DNA of 64,000 bases from assembly GCA_964568665.1 (NCBI GenBank), contig CAZMPY010000005.1, positions 196,330 to 260,329 of the forward strand, written 5' to 3'. The position numbers were made by a program, and so were the translations under genes. The stretch's first letter is position 1; each line of letters begins with the position of its first letter. Positions 9,797 to 19,599 of the stretch are shown here, in pieces. Source of the stretch: an uncultured Thermoplasmata archaeon. GTDB lineage: Archaea; Thermoplasmatota; Thermoplasmata; UBA10834. The notes below the pieces were generated by a model, which was not told the origin of the DNA, ran no database searches, and was given only the letters and a program-made list of their open reading frames with translations.

Positions 9797-10042
9797 GATG
9801 AGTCAACCCCCAATGTTAGCTCCTCGAAAGGGGGTATATGCTTCCCGTATTTAGAGTGGATGGAAGCCTGCACCAGACAGCCGGTCCAGTGGGAGTTCCC
9901 GCGAGCCCGGTATATAACATCCACGGGTGCGGGCACCTACCCATCAACGGGTATTCGGGAATGTATATATTCCATCCAGACCCGATTACTTAACGTCGTG
10001 AGGAGACCCACGCAGCGTTGGGCGCGCGTGGAGGGGGAGACC

Positions 10043-11464
10043 GTGATAAACTTACTGTTCGTAGACGACGACGAGTCGGTGCTCGAGCTGGGACGGCTCT
10101 TCATCGAGAAGGCGGGGGACTTCAGCGTGGAGACCGCCAGGTCGGCTCGTGAAGCCATCGGGAAGATGGCGGAGAACGAGTTCGACGTCGTCGTCTCGGA
10201 CTATAAGATGGACGACATCGACGGCATCCAGTTCCTCAAGACACTGAGGAATCAGGGGAACGACATACCGTTCATCATCCTGACGGGCAAGGGCAGGGAG
10301 GATGTGGCCGCAGACGCCCTCAACTACGGCGCGGACTTCTACGTCGAGAAGACGAGCGACACGGTCCCGATGTTCAGAGAGCTGGCGAACCTAATCAACC
10401 AGTCCGTCATCAGGAGGAACGCGGAGAAGAGGGCGAAGGACACTGAAAGGATATTCCGCCTCCTGGCCGACAACACCGCGGACCTCATCTACCGGATCGC
10501 GCTGAAGCCTGATCTGAGGATAACGTACATCAACGCGGCGGCGGAGAGGATGTCCGGATACACGCCTCAGGAGTACTATGCTGACCCAACGATCACATAC
10601 AGGGTCGTGCACCCGGACGACCTGGCCAAGACGGAGGAGGTCTTCGCGCATCCGGAGAGGTTCAAGGACCCGCTCATCATGAGATGGGTCCACAAGAACG
10701 GGAAGGTGTACTGGTCCGAGGACCTGTTCATACCGGTCAGGGACCACAAGGGCGATATCGTCGAGATCATCGGCATCGCGAGGGACATCACCGAGCGGGT
10801 GGAGGCCGAGGCGGCGCTCAGGGAGGCGAACAGGAAGCTGAACCTGTTGAGCAGCGTCATCAGACACGACATAATGAACCGCATCACTGGCATCTATGTC
10901 TGGATAGACATGACACGCAAGTCCCAGGACCCAGCGAAGGTCAGGGAATATGTCGACAAGATAGACGAAGCGGGGGCGGCGATAAAGGAGATCCTGGACT
11001 TCTCGGCCAAGTACAGCGGCCTCGGGATGAAGGGCCGGGAGTGGGTGGACCTGCAGGAAATCGCCTCCAGGAACCACTTCGGCATGCCGATGAGCGGGAT
11101 AGGGCTCAAGGTCGAGCTGGAAGGGCTCAGGGTGCTGGCCGACCCGATGCTCGGCATGGTGTTCCGGAACCTCATCGAGAACTCGGTCAGGCACGGGGGC
11201 AACGTGACGAGGATATGGGTCCACTGGCACAAGGAGGACAAGGGCGCCCGGATCGTGATCGAGGACGACGGGACCGGCGTGCCGGCGGAGGACAAGTCCA
11301 GGATATTCGAGCGCGGGATCGGCAGGGGCACCGGCTACGGGCTGTTCTTCGCAAGGGAGATACTGTCCATATCGGGCATGAAGATCACGGAGACCGGGGA
11401 GACCGGGAAGGGCGCGAGGTTCGAGATAGCGGTCCCGGAAGGCGGCTTCAGGACGGAGAAGTGA
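10043..11464 (+). CDS. Hybrid sensor histidine kinase (REC-PAS-HisKA-HATPase)
   Basis: LLFVDDD receiver, PAS VHPDD...GIARDITER, RHDIMN H-box, NLIENSVRHG, DDGTG, GYGLF; GTG start at 10043. Confidence 0.92.
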   Translation: MINLLFVDDDESVLELGRLFIEKAGDFSVETARSAREAIGKMAENEFDVVVSDYKMDDIDGIQFLKTLRNQGNDIPFIILTGKGREDVAADALNYGADFYVEKTSDTVPMFRELANLINQSVIRRNAEKRAKDTERIFRLLADNTADLIYRIALKPDLRITYINAAAERMSGYTPQEYYADPTITYRVVHPDDLAKTEEVFAHPERFKDPLIMRWVHKNGKVYWSEDLFIPVRDHKGDIVEIIGIARDITERVEAEAALREANRKLNLLSSVIRHDIMNRITGIYVWIDMTRKSQDPAKVREYVDKIDEAGAAIKEILDFSAKYSGLGMKGREWVDLQEIASRNHFGMPMSGIGLKVELEGLRVLADPMLGMVFRNLIENSVRHGGNVTRIWVHWHKEDKGARIVIEDDGTGVPAEDKSRIFERGIGRGTGYGLFFAREILSISGMKITETGETGKGARFEIAVPEGGFRTEK

Positions 11465-11486
11465 GACGGCCCGTGCGGGGATGGAG

Positions 11487-11560
11487 TGGGGTAGGTCGGA
11501 TTTGAACCGACGACCTCATGCTCCCAAAGCACGTATCATACCAAGCTAGACCACTACCCC
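11487..11560 (-). tRNA. tRNA-Pro(TGG); CCA not encoded
   Basis: GGGGTAG/CTACCCC acceptor stem, CGTGC-TTTGGGA-GCATG anticodon arm, GGTTCAAATCC. Confidence 0.95.
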
Positions 11561-11649
11561 GTTCAGAGGCCTCACGGGCACCTCGTTATCGCACTGTCTC
11601 ATAAAAGGATTCCCTCGCGCGACGGCGCCTCCGGCCCGGCCCCGCGAAC

Positions 11650-12204
11650 CTACGGCAGGAGGTTCGGGAGCTCCTTCAGGAAGATATCCATGGCCTTGCC
11701 CCTGTGCGATATCCTGTTTTTCTCGGGGAGGTCGATCTGGGCATAGGACCTCGTGTAGCCCTGGGGGATGAAGACCGGGTCGTATCCGAAACCGCCTACG
11801 CCCATCTTCTCCCGGGAGATCGTCCCCTCGGCCACGGCCTTTGCGATGAACGGCTCGCCTCCCGGCGCCATGAAGCCGATGCAGCACTCGAACCTCGCCC
11901 TGCGGTCCTCGACGCCCCTCATGAGGCTGAGGATGCCGTCGCAGCCGACGGTCTTGAACACGTAGGACGAGTAGACCCCTGGGAACCCCTTCAGCGCGTC
12001 CACGAACAGGCCCGAGTCGTCTATCATGACCGGCCTGTCGAACTTGGAGATGCACCACTGCAGACCCGGGATTATCGTGATCTCGAGCGACTCCGCCTGG
12101 ATCTCCGGATATGCGGTCTTGATGTGCTCGAGCTCGTACCCGTGCTCCGCCATCTGGGCCGATATCTCCCTGAACTTCCCGTTGTTGGATGTTATGAATG
12201 CTAT
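11650..12204 (-). CDS. rdgB: dITP/XTP pyrophosphatase (RdgB/HAM1); start codon non-canonical or uncertain
   Basis: IAFITSNNGKFREI, DDSGL, FPGVYS, GFGYDPVF, KNRISHRGKA. Confidence 0.92.
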   Translation of the reverse strand: MAFITSNNGKFREISAQMAEHGYELEHIKTAYPEIQAESLEITIIPGLQWCISKFDRPVMIDDSGLFVDALKGFPGVYSSYVFKTVGCDGILSLMRGVEDRRARFECCIGFMAPGGEPFIAKAVAEGTISREKMGVGGFGYDPVFIPQGYTRSYAQIDLPEKNRISHRGKAMDIFLKELPNLLP

Positions 12205-12824
12205 TCTTTTCGTGTGTACCGCCCCCGCTTCTCTATCTCCTTGACCTTGTTGAGGACGTCCGCGCCCTTTCCGTAGCTCTTGCAGTAGGACTCGGTCACG
12301 ACACTGTACAGACCGCTCCTGGCATGGTGGGCCGAATGGAACGCCTCCTCGAGCAGGTGCATGTCCACGCCCTTGTCCTCCAGCTCGGAGGTCTTCTGCC
12401 CCAGTGAGAAGTCTATCACGACGATCCTGTCCCCGTCGAGGAGCATGTTGCTGGTCGTCAGGTCCCCGTGGACGATGTCGTTCGCATGCAACCGCCCAGC
12501 GATCTCGCCGACCTTCCGGCAGACCACCTCCGCATCCCTGTCAGGAAGGGTCTGCAGGGCGTCCTTGACGCGCATGCCCTGTATCTCCTCCATCACGATG
12601 CGGTTCTCGGCCAGGTCCACGGAGTAGATGACCGGGACCGCGATCCCCGCCCGTCGGGACTCGAGCATGAGACGTACCTCGTTCTTGATCCTGAAGGTCT
12701 GCAGGGACCTGTCGAGCCGGGGGTGCCTGTAGCCCTTGACGACGCGCTGCTTGTGGACGACGGCCCGGCCCATCCAAACGGCCGAATCGAGCCTGGCCTC
12801 CGCGCCTACCCGGTGCACTGCCAC
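12201..12824 (-). CDS. bud32: KEOPS complex kinase Bud32
   Basis: GAEARL, KGYRHPRLD, VHGDLTTSN, IDFSLG, EDKGVD, IEKRGRY. Confidence 0.93.
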   Translation of the reverse strand: MAVHRVGAEARLDSAVWMGRAVVHKQRVVKGYRHPRLDRSLQTFRIKNEVRLMLESRRAGIAVPVIYSVDLAENRIVMEEIQGMRVKDALQTLPDRDAEVVCRKVGEIAGRLHANDIVHGDLTTSNMLLDGDRIVVIDFSLGQKTSELEDKGVDMHLLEEAFHSAHHARSGLYSVVTESYCKSYGKGADVLNKVKEIEKRGRYTRKE

Positions 12825-12894
12825 GGCTGCGAGAAAGCGCTCCGGTCTATTAAGGTGTTCTGGCAGATCAGGGCGGAGCAGCCAGCAGTCCCAT

Positions 12895-13737
12895 TCAGCG
12901 CCGCAGCCATCGCGTCTGGAACAGTGCCGCGAGGACGGATAGCAGGGCCGCCGCCGAGGCAACGAACGCCAGCTCCGCGAGCATCACGGTGCCCGTGATC
13001 GACTGGCTGTCGTACATCTCCAGGACATAGGCGAAGAACACCACGACCGCGGTCACCTGGATCACACCGATCGTGCAGATCCGTGCGAACACGACGAACA
13101 TCCCGCGGGTCCGGCGTGGCGCCCAGCGCCAGGCATAGAGGACCAGGCACAGATCGGCTGCGTACAGGCCGGCGAGCACATAGAGGACTGCTGGAGACAC
13201 CTCCCATGGGACTCTGTCGTCCACCCAGTCCTCCTCGTTCGAGACGAGTTCGTTGCCGATGAAGTTGATGTCGCTGGACTTCCAGATGCTTATCCCGATG
13301 TCGTTCCCCGAGACCATGTTGTCGATGACCTCGCAGTCGTGCCCGTACATGATGGATATCCCTACGCCGTTGTCACTGACCGTGCAGTTCTGGACCAGCA
13401 CATTGCATGCCTCGAACAGCTGGATGCCCACCCCGCACCCTTGGACGGTCATGTTCCGGATGACGACGTAGTCCGATGTCTCGGCTATCGACACGCCCGT
13501 GAGCCCCGGAGCCGGACCTAGGGTCCATCCCTCGATGATGTACGGGTCCGACAGCAGACCGTTTCCCGAGACCACGCCCTGCTCGGGCGTGAAATCATCG
13601 ATGTTATCGATCAGGATGACACCGTGGTCCGCGACCGCAGCGGATGATGAGGACCCGCCGACCGCGGGCATCGCCGAGAGGAGAAGCATCGCCCCCAGCA
13701 CAGCCATGCCCCTGGCAACCACGATGAACCGCACCAT
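12895..13737 (-). CDS. Secreted/membrane-anchored right-handed beta-helix (NosD/CASH-like) protein
   Basis: Signal peptide; GVVSGNG..DPYIIEGW; repeated N..GI motifs; three C-terminal TM segments. Confidence 0.75.
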   Translation of the reverse strand: MVRFIVVARGMAVLGAMLLLSAMPAVGGSSSSAAVADHGVILIDNIDDFTPEQGVVSGNGLLSDPYIIEGWTLGPAPGLTGVSIAETSDYVVIRNMTVQGCGVGIQLFEACNVLVQNCTVSDNGVGISIMYGHDCEVIDNMVSGNDIGISIWKSSDINFIGNELVSNEEDWVDDRVPWEVSPAVLYVLAGLYAADLCLVLYAWRWAPRRTRGMFVVFARICTIGVIQVTAVVVFFAYVLEMYDSQSITGTVMLAELAFVASAAALLSVLAALFQTRWLRR

Positions 13738-13850
13738 ACAGTCACGACCTCCGCCACGGGAATGCATGCCCAGGCATATAGGGGTTCCATCGCAGGGATG
13801 GGGATACATGCGCTCGCAACGCTTATCAGCAACGACCCCGATTGTGTAGC

Positions 13851-14516
13851 GTGTCCCACCTCCCCATCGGCTCACTGGCGCTAGACGAACTCCTAGAGGG
13901 GGGGCTGGAGGGAGGGGCCATCACGCTCCTGTTCGGGGAGGCCGGCTCGGGCAAGACGAACATCTGCCTCCAGGTCGCGCGCAACGTCGCCCTCGCCGGG
14001 AAGAAGGTCGTGTACATAGACACCGAGGGGGTGTCGCTCGAGAGGCTCATGCAGATCGCGGGCGACAGATACGAGGACGTCATGAAGAACGTCCTGTTCT
14101 TCGAGCCGCATTCCTTCGAGGACCAGGAGAAGGCCGTCGAGAAGGCCGTCAGGCTCGCGGAGAGCTCCCTGGAGGTCGGCGCAATCATACTCGACTCGGC
14201 CACGATCCACTACAGGCTCACGAGGAACGATGAGGAGAAGGGCTTGAGGAAGTCGCTCAGTCCTCAGCTGGCCAAGCTCCTCGGCGTGGCCAGGGACAAG
14301 GACGTGCCGGTCCTGCTGACGTCCCAGGTCTACACCGACATCGAGAAGCACACGTTCGAGCCGCTCGGGGGCCATGTCCTGCTGCACAACGCGAAGGCCA
14401 TCATCAGGCTGGACAAGGTCGGGGCCAGCACCCGCCGGGCCGTCATCATCAAGCACCGGCACCTCGAGGAGGGCCAGAGGGCGGACTTCAGGCTCGTCCG
14501 CACCGGGGTCGTCTAG
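13851..14516 (+). CDS. radB: DNA repair protein RadB
   Basis: GEAGSGKT Walker A, YIDTEG, C-terminal KHR motif, no N-terminal RadA domain. Confidence 0.93.
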   Translation: MSHLPIGSLALDELLEGGLEGGAITLLFGEAGSGKTNICLQVARNVALAGKKVVYIDTEGVSLERLMQIAGDRYEDVMKNVLFFEPHSFEDQEKAVEKAVRLAESSLEVGAIILDSATIHYRLTRNDEEKGLRKSLSPQLAKLLGVARDKDVPVLLTSQVYTDIEKHTFEPLGGHVLLHNAKAIIRLDKVGASTRRAVIIKHRHLEEGQRADFRLVRTGVV

Positions 14517-15496
14517 GTCTTCCTGGTGACCATGTAGTCCGCTAAGGACCTCAGGGCGTCCTTGTGGGGCGAGTCCTTGAGCACGCCGAGCCTGTCCTTG
14601 GCCTTGGCGATGAACTCGTTCGCGACCCTGTCCGCATGGTCTATCGACCCGACGGCGTCGAGCAGCATCTTCGCGCGGACCAGCTCCGCCTCGTTCGCAT
14701 CCTTCTTCCCCAGGACCGCCAGGAACTCCTTCTTCTGTGCGCCCTTGAGCTTCTCGAGCGCATCGACCACGATGACCGTCTTCTTGCCGTTCCTGATGTC
14801 GTTCAGGACCGGTTTGCCGAAGGTCGCCTTGTCGGACCTGAGGTCGAGCACATCGTCCCAGATCTGGAACCCCAGGCCGATGAGCCGGCCGTACTCGAAG
14901 AGGGATTCCTGCTGCGCGCGCGTCCCGCCTCCCACGATCGCGCCCGCCTCCGCGGCGGCTGAGTAGAGCACGGCGGTCTTCCGCTCGATCATCTTGAAGT
15001 ACTCCTCGACGGAAACCGTCTTCCTGTCCTCGAAGTCCATGTCCATCTGCTGGCCCTCGGCGAGCAGCCTTACGGACCTCGCCAGGATGTCCACGAGCCT
15101 GACCTTGTCCGAAGCGTCCACATCGGACTCGAGCACTATCTCGAACGCGCGCGCGAACATCGCATCGCCCGCGAGGATCGCCTCGGGGACGCCGTACTGC
15201 GCGTGCACCGTCCGGATGCCCCGCCTGGTGTCGTCCTCGTCCATGACATCATCATGGACGAGCGTGAAGTTGTGGACCATCTCGAGCGCGACGCCGAACG
15301 GCAGGGCCGAGTCAGGCCTGCCGCCGACCGCCTCCGAGACGACCGTCGCTAGGAGCGGCCTCAGCCGCTTCCCGCCAGCCGCTGGATAGTGGGCCATGGC
15401 GGCCTTCAGGTTCTTGTCCTCCATCACTTCGAACGATGCCATCAGTTGGGTGTTGATCCGCTTTACCCTGTCCTTGTAGTCGTCCGGGAAAACCAT
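14513..15496 (-). CDS. idsA: Geranylgeranyl diphosphate synthase (polyprenyl synthetase)
   Basis: GGKRLRP, HDDVMD, RRG, GQQMDM, FQIWDDVLD. Confidence 0.92.
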   Translation of the reverse strand: MVFPDDYKDRVKRINTQLMASFEVMEDKNLKAAMAHYPAAGGKRLRPLLATVVSEAVGGRPDSALPFGVALEMVHNFTLVHDDVMDEDDTRRGIRTVHAQYGVPEAILAGDAMFARAFEIVLESDVDASDKVRLVDILARSVRLLAEGQQMDMDFEDRKTVSVEEYFKMIERKTAVLYSAAAEAGAIVGGGTRAQQESLFEYGRLIGLGFQIWDDVLDLRSDKATFGKPVLNDIRNGKKTVIVVDALEKLKGAQKKEFLAVLGKKDANEAELVRAKMLLDAVGSIDHADRVANEFIAKAKDRLGVLKDSPHKDALRSLADYMVTRKT

Positions 15497-15502
15497 GCGT
15501 GC

Positions 15503-16588
15503 TCACTCCTCGAGCTGGTCCAGCCACTGCTTCGACCGACCTGTGATCAATGCGCGCGTCTGCGCGAGCTCCTCGATGTCCTTCGCTCCCACGAGGAACA
15601 TCGCGGCCTTGAGCTCGTCGATGATCGTGCCGAGCTCCGTGACAAGGGCATCCTTGCCTTCCAGCGCGGCTGGCAGGAGCCTTCCGGCCATCCCGCCCGC
15701 CGATGCGCCTACGGCGATGGCGCGGGCTACATCGAGCCCGTTCCTGAGCCCGCCCGTGGCTATGATCGGCAGGCCCACGCCGGCCACCACGACCGACACG
15801 GGCGTTGGTATGCCCCAGTCCCAGAAGGTCCTGCCTATGTTCGCCCGCACGGCATCGCCCGCGGACTTCGCCCTGTAGAACTCGACCGCGGAGAAGCTCG
15901 TCCCGCCGAGCCCGCCGACATCGATGCCCTTCACCTTGGCCTTCTTGAGCCTGAGCGCGACCTCGTGCGACATGCCGGCCCCGGTCTCCTTCGCGATGAC
16001 CGGGAGCTCCGATGCGAACCTCTCGATCGCCCTGAGCCCGCCCCTGGCCTTCGTATCCCCCTCGGGCTGCACGACCTCCTGGAGGTAGTTCAGATGTATC
16101 GCGAGGACATGGGCGCCGATCATCTCCATGGCCGCATGGCCGCTGCTGATGTCGAGCGGGGGCCTGTCCCCCTGCCTGATGAGCTGGGGCACGCCCAGGT
16201 TCGCGATCCTGAGCGGTATGTGGAACTCCTTTATGACGGAGTATGTCTCGGCGAGCTCCGGGTTCTCGAGGGCAGCCCTCTGGCTCCCGACCCCCATGCC
16301 TATGCCGAACTCCTCGGCGACCATGGCGAGGTTCCTGTTGATGTCCCTCGCCTTGCCGTACCCTCCGGTCATCGCGGATATGATGATCGGTGCCGCGAGC
16401 TTCCGTCCGAAGACCGTGACCGATGTGTCGATCTCGTCCAGGTCCACCTCGGGGAGCGGCTCGTGCACCAGCCGCACATCGTCCCAGAACTCGTAATCCG
16501 TGGAGAGGTCCTCGCGGGCGCAGATCTCGACGTGGTCGTGCTTCCTCTTCTCGATCAGTTTCTCGGGCCGTACTTCATCGCCTGACAT
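15503..16588 (-). CDS. fni: Type 2 isopentenyl-diphosphate isomerase
   Basis: RKHDH, SAMTGG, GVGSQR, HLNYLQE, KETGAG, GGTS, WGIPT, TGGLR. Confidence 0.95.
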   Translation of the reverse strand: MSGDEVRPEKLIEKRKHDHVEICAREDLSTDYEFWDDVRLVHEPLPEVDLDEIDTSVTVFGRKLAAPIIISAMTGGYGKARDINRNLAMVAEEFGIGMGVGSQRAALENPELAETYSVIKEFHIPLRIANLGVPQLIRQGDRPPLDISSGHAAMEMIGAHVLAIHLNYLQEVVQPEGDTKARGGLRAIERFASELPVIAKETGAGMSHEVALRLKKAKVKGIDVGGLGGTSFSAVEFYRAKSAGDAVRANIGRTFWDWGIPTPVSVVVAGVGLPIIATGGLRNGLDVARAIAVGASAGGMAGRLLPAALEGKDALVTELGTIIDELKAAMFLVGAKDIEELAQTRALITGRSKQWLDQLEE

Positions 16589-16597
16589 GACGAGCAC

Positions 16598-17374
16598 CTA
16601 TCCCGGGAGCACGGTCGTCGACACGACCCCCCTCCCCCGAACCGCCTTCTCCAGTCTACCTGGCACATTGCCGTTCACTATCATACACTTTTCGCAGTCG
16701 CGCGCGATGGCCAGCATCCGTTCGAGCTTGCCGAACATGCTCCCCGTGACATCGGCGTTCACGGCCTCGCTCCTCCGTACCTCCGACAGGGCGCGCCTGT
16801 CGAACTCCGGTATCAGGACTGCGCGCCTGTCCCGCTTAGGGTCCCTGTCGAACACGCCGTCGACATCCGCGCAGAATATGACGAGTCTCGGCTTGAACGC
16901 CTTTGCGATCCTCGCCATCATGAGGTCCCCCGAACATATCGAGAAACCCATCGACGAGTCCGGGACGACATCCCCGAACGTGACGGGGACCAGCCCGATG
17001 TCCAAGAGGTCGGTGAACCGGTCCGGAGAGAATGAGGTGATGGAACCTTTGTCGAACCTGGCCGCGGCGGCCGGTGGGACGGAGACGGCGTTCAAGCCGG
17101 AGTCGATCAGGGCCCCGATTACCCTCAGGTCGAGCTCCCTCACGTCCCGCTGCACCCTCGCGACGGGCCCGAGCTGCGCGGGGCGGCTGAGGCCTTTGTG
17201 CAGCGAATGCTTCCTCGCGAGTATGTGCCCGAACGACCCGGCCCCGTGGACTATGCATAGCCCGCCCTTCGCGGAGGTCAGCTCCCCCGCGAGCCGCTCG
17301 CACGCTGAGCGCCTGAAGGTCCGGAGGCGGGACTTGTCGGTGATCACGCTCCCGCCGAGTTTGACCAGTATCAT
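16598..17374 (-). CDS. ipk: Isopentenyl phosphate kinase
   Basis: KLGGSVITDK, VHGAGSFGH, SGD, DVTGSM; operonic with fni. Confidence 0.92.
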   Translation of the reverse strand: MILVKLGGSVITDKSRLRTFRRSACERLAGELTSAKGGLCIVHGAGSFGHILARKHSLHKGLSRPAQLGPVARVQRDVRELDLRVIGALIDSGLNAVSVPPAAAARFDKGSITSFSPDRFTDLLDIGLVPVTFGDVVPDSSMGFSICSGDLMMARIAKAFKPRLVIFCADVDGVFDRDPKRDRRAVLIPEFDRRALSEVRRSEAVNADVTGSMFGKLERMLAIARDCEKCMIVNGNVPGRLEKAVRGRGVVSTTVLPG

Positions 17375-17492
17375 CCGCTCACCTACCTGACCGCCGATAG
17401 GCGAGGGCTTTCATAAAACCAACAGTCCCGTCGCTAGACCTCACGCTCGGCACTCGGGAAGACATCGTCATGCAGGAAGGATCGCCCTGGCC

Positions 17493-17765
17493 CTACTTCG
17501 AGAGATATATCTCGATGGAGGACACGTTGGCGCTCCCGCCCTCTTCCCCTGGTAGTGATTCGGTCGCTATCCTGATGTCCTTGTACGCCAGGTCCTTCAC
17601 GAACCTGTTCTTCACGATCTCGGCGACGTCCACGGCCCTGCTGATCGCCCGTCCCCTTGCCTTGATGCAGACGTCCGAGCAACCGTCGTTGACCTGCGAG
17701 ACGACCGCAAGGACATAGTTCATAGTGGCCTTCTTACCGACGTAGATGGTGTTCTCTTCGCCCAT
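17493..17765 (-). CDS. albA: Chromatin protein Alba
   Basis: [36 protein letters not shown]. Confidence 0.95.
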   Translation of the reverse strand: MGEENTIYVGKKATMNYVLAVVSQVNDGCSDVCIKARGRAISRAVDVAEIVKNRFVKDLAYKDIRIATESLPGEEGGSANVSSIEIYLSK

Positions 17766-18019
17766 TTGTCCCCCAGCGACCACCGGAATCGGAACGGCCC
17801 TCGAGCGTATATATAACCTTGTGAAAACATGGGTGCCAGTATAGTCATTGACTGCTCCCGGACCCGCAGCGGTAACATCGAACATATTCGGCTCGAGCAC
17901 GACCTCGTGGACGGCACGAAGACCGTCTCCGGCGCGAGCGTTGCCTCCGAGTCCACCTCCGCGGACTCAGCGCGCGTGCACTAAAAGCTTGAAATAACCG
18001 CCAGATGTTGCTGAACACC

Positions 18020-18832
18020 ATGGAACCGCTGAGAGAGAAGGCTGAGAGGCTGAGAGCGACCGTCAGATCGCTCGGCTCCGCAGCGGTCGCATTCTCCGGC
18101 GGCACGGACTCCGCACTCGTCGCGAAGGTCGCGCACGAGGAGCTCGGGGATAAGGCCCTTGCGGTCACGGTCGCTTCACCGGTCTATCCGAGGACGGAGC
18201 TGGACAGGGCCAGGAAGGTCGCCAAGGCGATAGGCATCAGGCACGTCGTGATAGAGCTGAACCCTCTCCTCGAGGGGAGGTTCGTGGCGAACAAGCCGGA
18301 CCGATGCTTCATCTGCAAGCTCGGGGATATGCGCGCGATAAGGGACCTCGCTGACAGGTACGGGATGATCGCGGTCGTGGACGGCACGAACGCGGACGAC
18401 CTCGCGGACTTCAGGCCAGGCCTCAAGGCGACTCAGCAGATGCGGGTGAGGAGCCCGCTCGCCGAGGCGCGCATGTCGAAGAACGATGTCAGGAGGCTCT
18501 CGGCGAGCATGCGCCTCCCGACGGCGAAGAAGCCCTCGAGCCCGTGCCTCGCATCGAGGATCCCGTACGGCGAACCGATCACGGACGAGAAACTCCGGAT
18601 GATCGAGATAGCGGAGGACCTCCTCGTGTCCAAGGGGTTCGACCAGGTCAGGGTCCGGTTCCACGGGGACACCGCCCGCATAGAGGTCGACCCTGCCCAG
18701 GTACAGAGGCTCTCGTCCCCCAGGACAAGGAAGGCGGTCGTCAAGGAACTGAAGCGCCTGGGATTCTCATATGTCTCATTGGACCTGGAGGGCTACAGGT
18801 CGGGAAGCTTGAACGAGGTGCTCGGAAGATGA
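18020..18832 (+). CDS. larE: ATP-dependent sacrificial sulfur transferase LarE family
   Basis: AFSGGTDS, RCFICK, DGTNADD..DFRPG, PCLASRIPYG, DLEGYRSGS. Confidence 0.92.
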   Translation: MEPLREKAERLRATVRSLGSAAVAFSGGTDSALVAKVAHEELGDKALAVTVASPVYPRTELDRARKVAKAIGIRHVVIELNPLLEGRFVANKPDRCFICKLGDMRAIRDLADRYGMIAVVDGTNADDLADFRPGLKATQQMRVRSPLAEARMSKNDVRRLSASMRLPTAKKPSSPCLASRIPYGEPITDEKLRMIEIAEDLLVSKGFDQVRVRFHGDTARIEVDPAQVQRLSSPRTRKAVVKELKRLGFSYVSLDLEGYRSGSLNEVLGR

Positions 18833-19599
18833 CCCCGAAGAGGATCGAGGATGTGCTCAAGGCCCTGGCGGACGGAAGGCTGACCGTGCCTGAGGCGCTC
18901 GAGAAGCTCAGGACGCTCCCCTACGAAGACCTTGATTTCGCGAAGCTGGACCACCACAGGGAGCTCAGGAAGGGCATCCCGGAGGCGATATACTCCCCTG
19001 GGAAGACCGACGCGCAGGTCCTCGCGATCGCGGAGAAGGTCCTCGCCCGGGGCGGCGAGGCAGTCTTCACGCGCATGAGCGAGGACACCAGCAGGAAGCT
19101 CAGGCGCAGGTTCAAGGGGAAGGTCCGGTGGCACCCCCAGGCGAGGATCGCAGCCGTCAATGTCGAGCAAAGGCCCATCAAGGGCAGGGTCCTGGTCGTC
19201 ACCGCCGGCACCTCAGACAGCCCGGTGGCGGAGGAGGCTGCGGTCACCGCCGAGCTCCTCGGCTGCAGCGTCGAAAGGCTCTACGATGTAGGCGTTGCGG
19301 GCATGCACAGGCTGACCTCGAACCTCAAGCAGTTCGATTCGGCCGACGCGATCATCGTGCTTGCGGGGATGGAGGGCGCCCTGCCGAGCGTCGTCGCGGG
19401 GCTCACAAGCAGACCGGTGATAGCAGTCCCGACGAGCGTCGGGTACGGGGCGAGCTTCGGAGGCATCGCGGCGCTCCTGGGCATGCTCTCGAGCTGCTCC
19501 AGTGGCATAGGCGTCGTGAACATAGACAACGGGTTCGGCGCGGGCGCGCTCGCAGCCGTGATCCTCAACAGCAGGAAGGCCCGGTCAGGGAATCCTTGA
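18829..19599 (+). CDS. larB: Nickel-pincer cofactor biosynthesis protein LarB
   Basis: DHHRELRKGIPE, AGTSD, DVGVAGMHR, PTSVGYG, VVNIDNGFGA; ATGA overlap with larE. Confidence 0.93.
   Translation: MTPKRIEDVLKALADGRLTVPEALEKLRTLPYEDLDFAKLDHHRELRKGIPEAIYSPGKTDAQVLAIAEKVLARGGEAVFTRMSEDTSRKLRRRFKGKVRWHPQARIAAVNVEQRPIKGRVLVVTAGTSDSPVAEEAAVTAELLGCSVERLYDVGVAGMHRLTSNLKQFDSADAIIVLAGMEGALPSVVAGLTSRPVIAVPTSVGYGASFGGIAALLGMLSSCSSGIGVVNIDNGFGAGALAAVILNSRKARSGNP

Noticed and set aside
8630..10042. 944-aa ORF suggesting a huge N-terminal extension of the histidine kinase
   Set aside because: The extension is the antisense shadow of kamA; the receiver domain starts at GTG 10043 after a G-rich SD.
10043..11560. 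Integrated element at tRNA-Pro or tRNA-Tyr 3' ends
   Set aside because: No integrase, no duplicated tRNA 3' end seen, and flanking genes have host-like composition.
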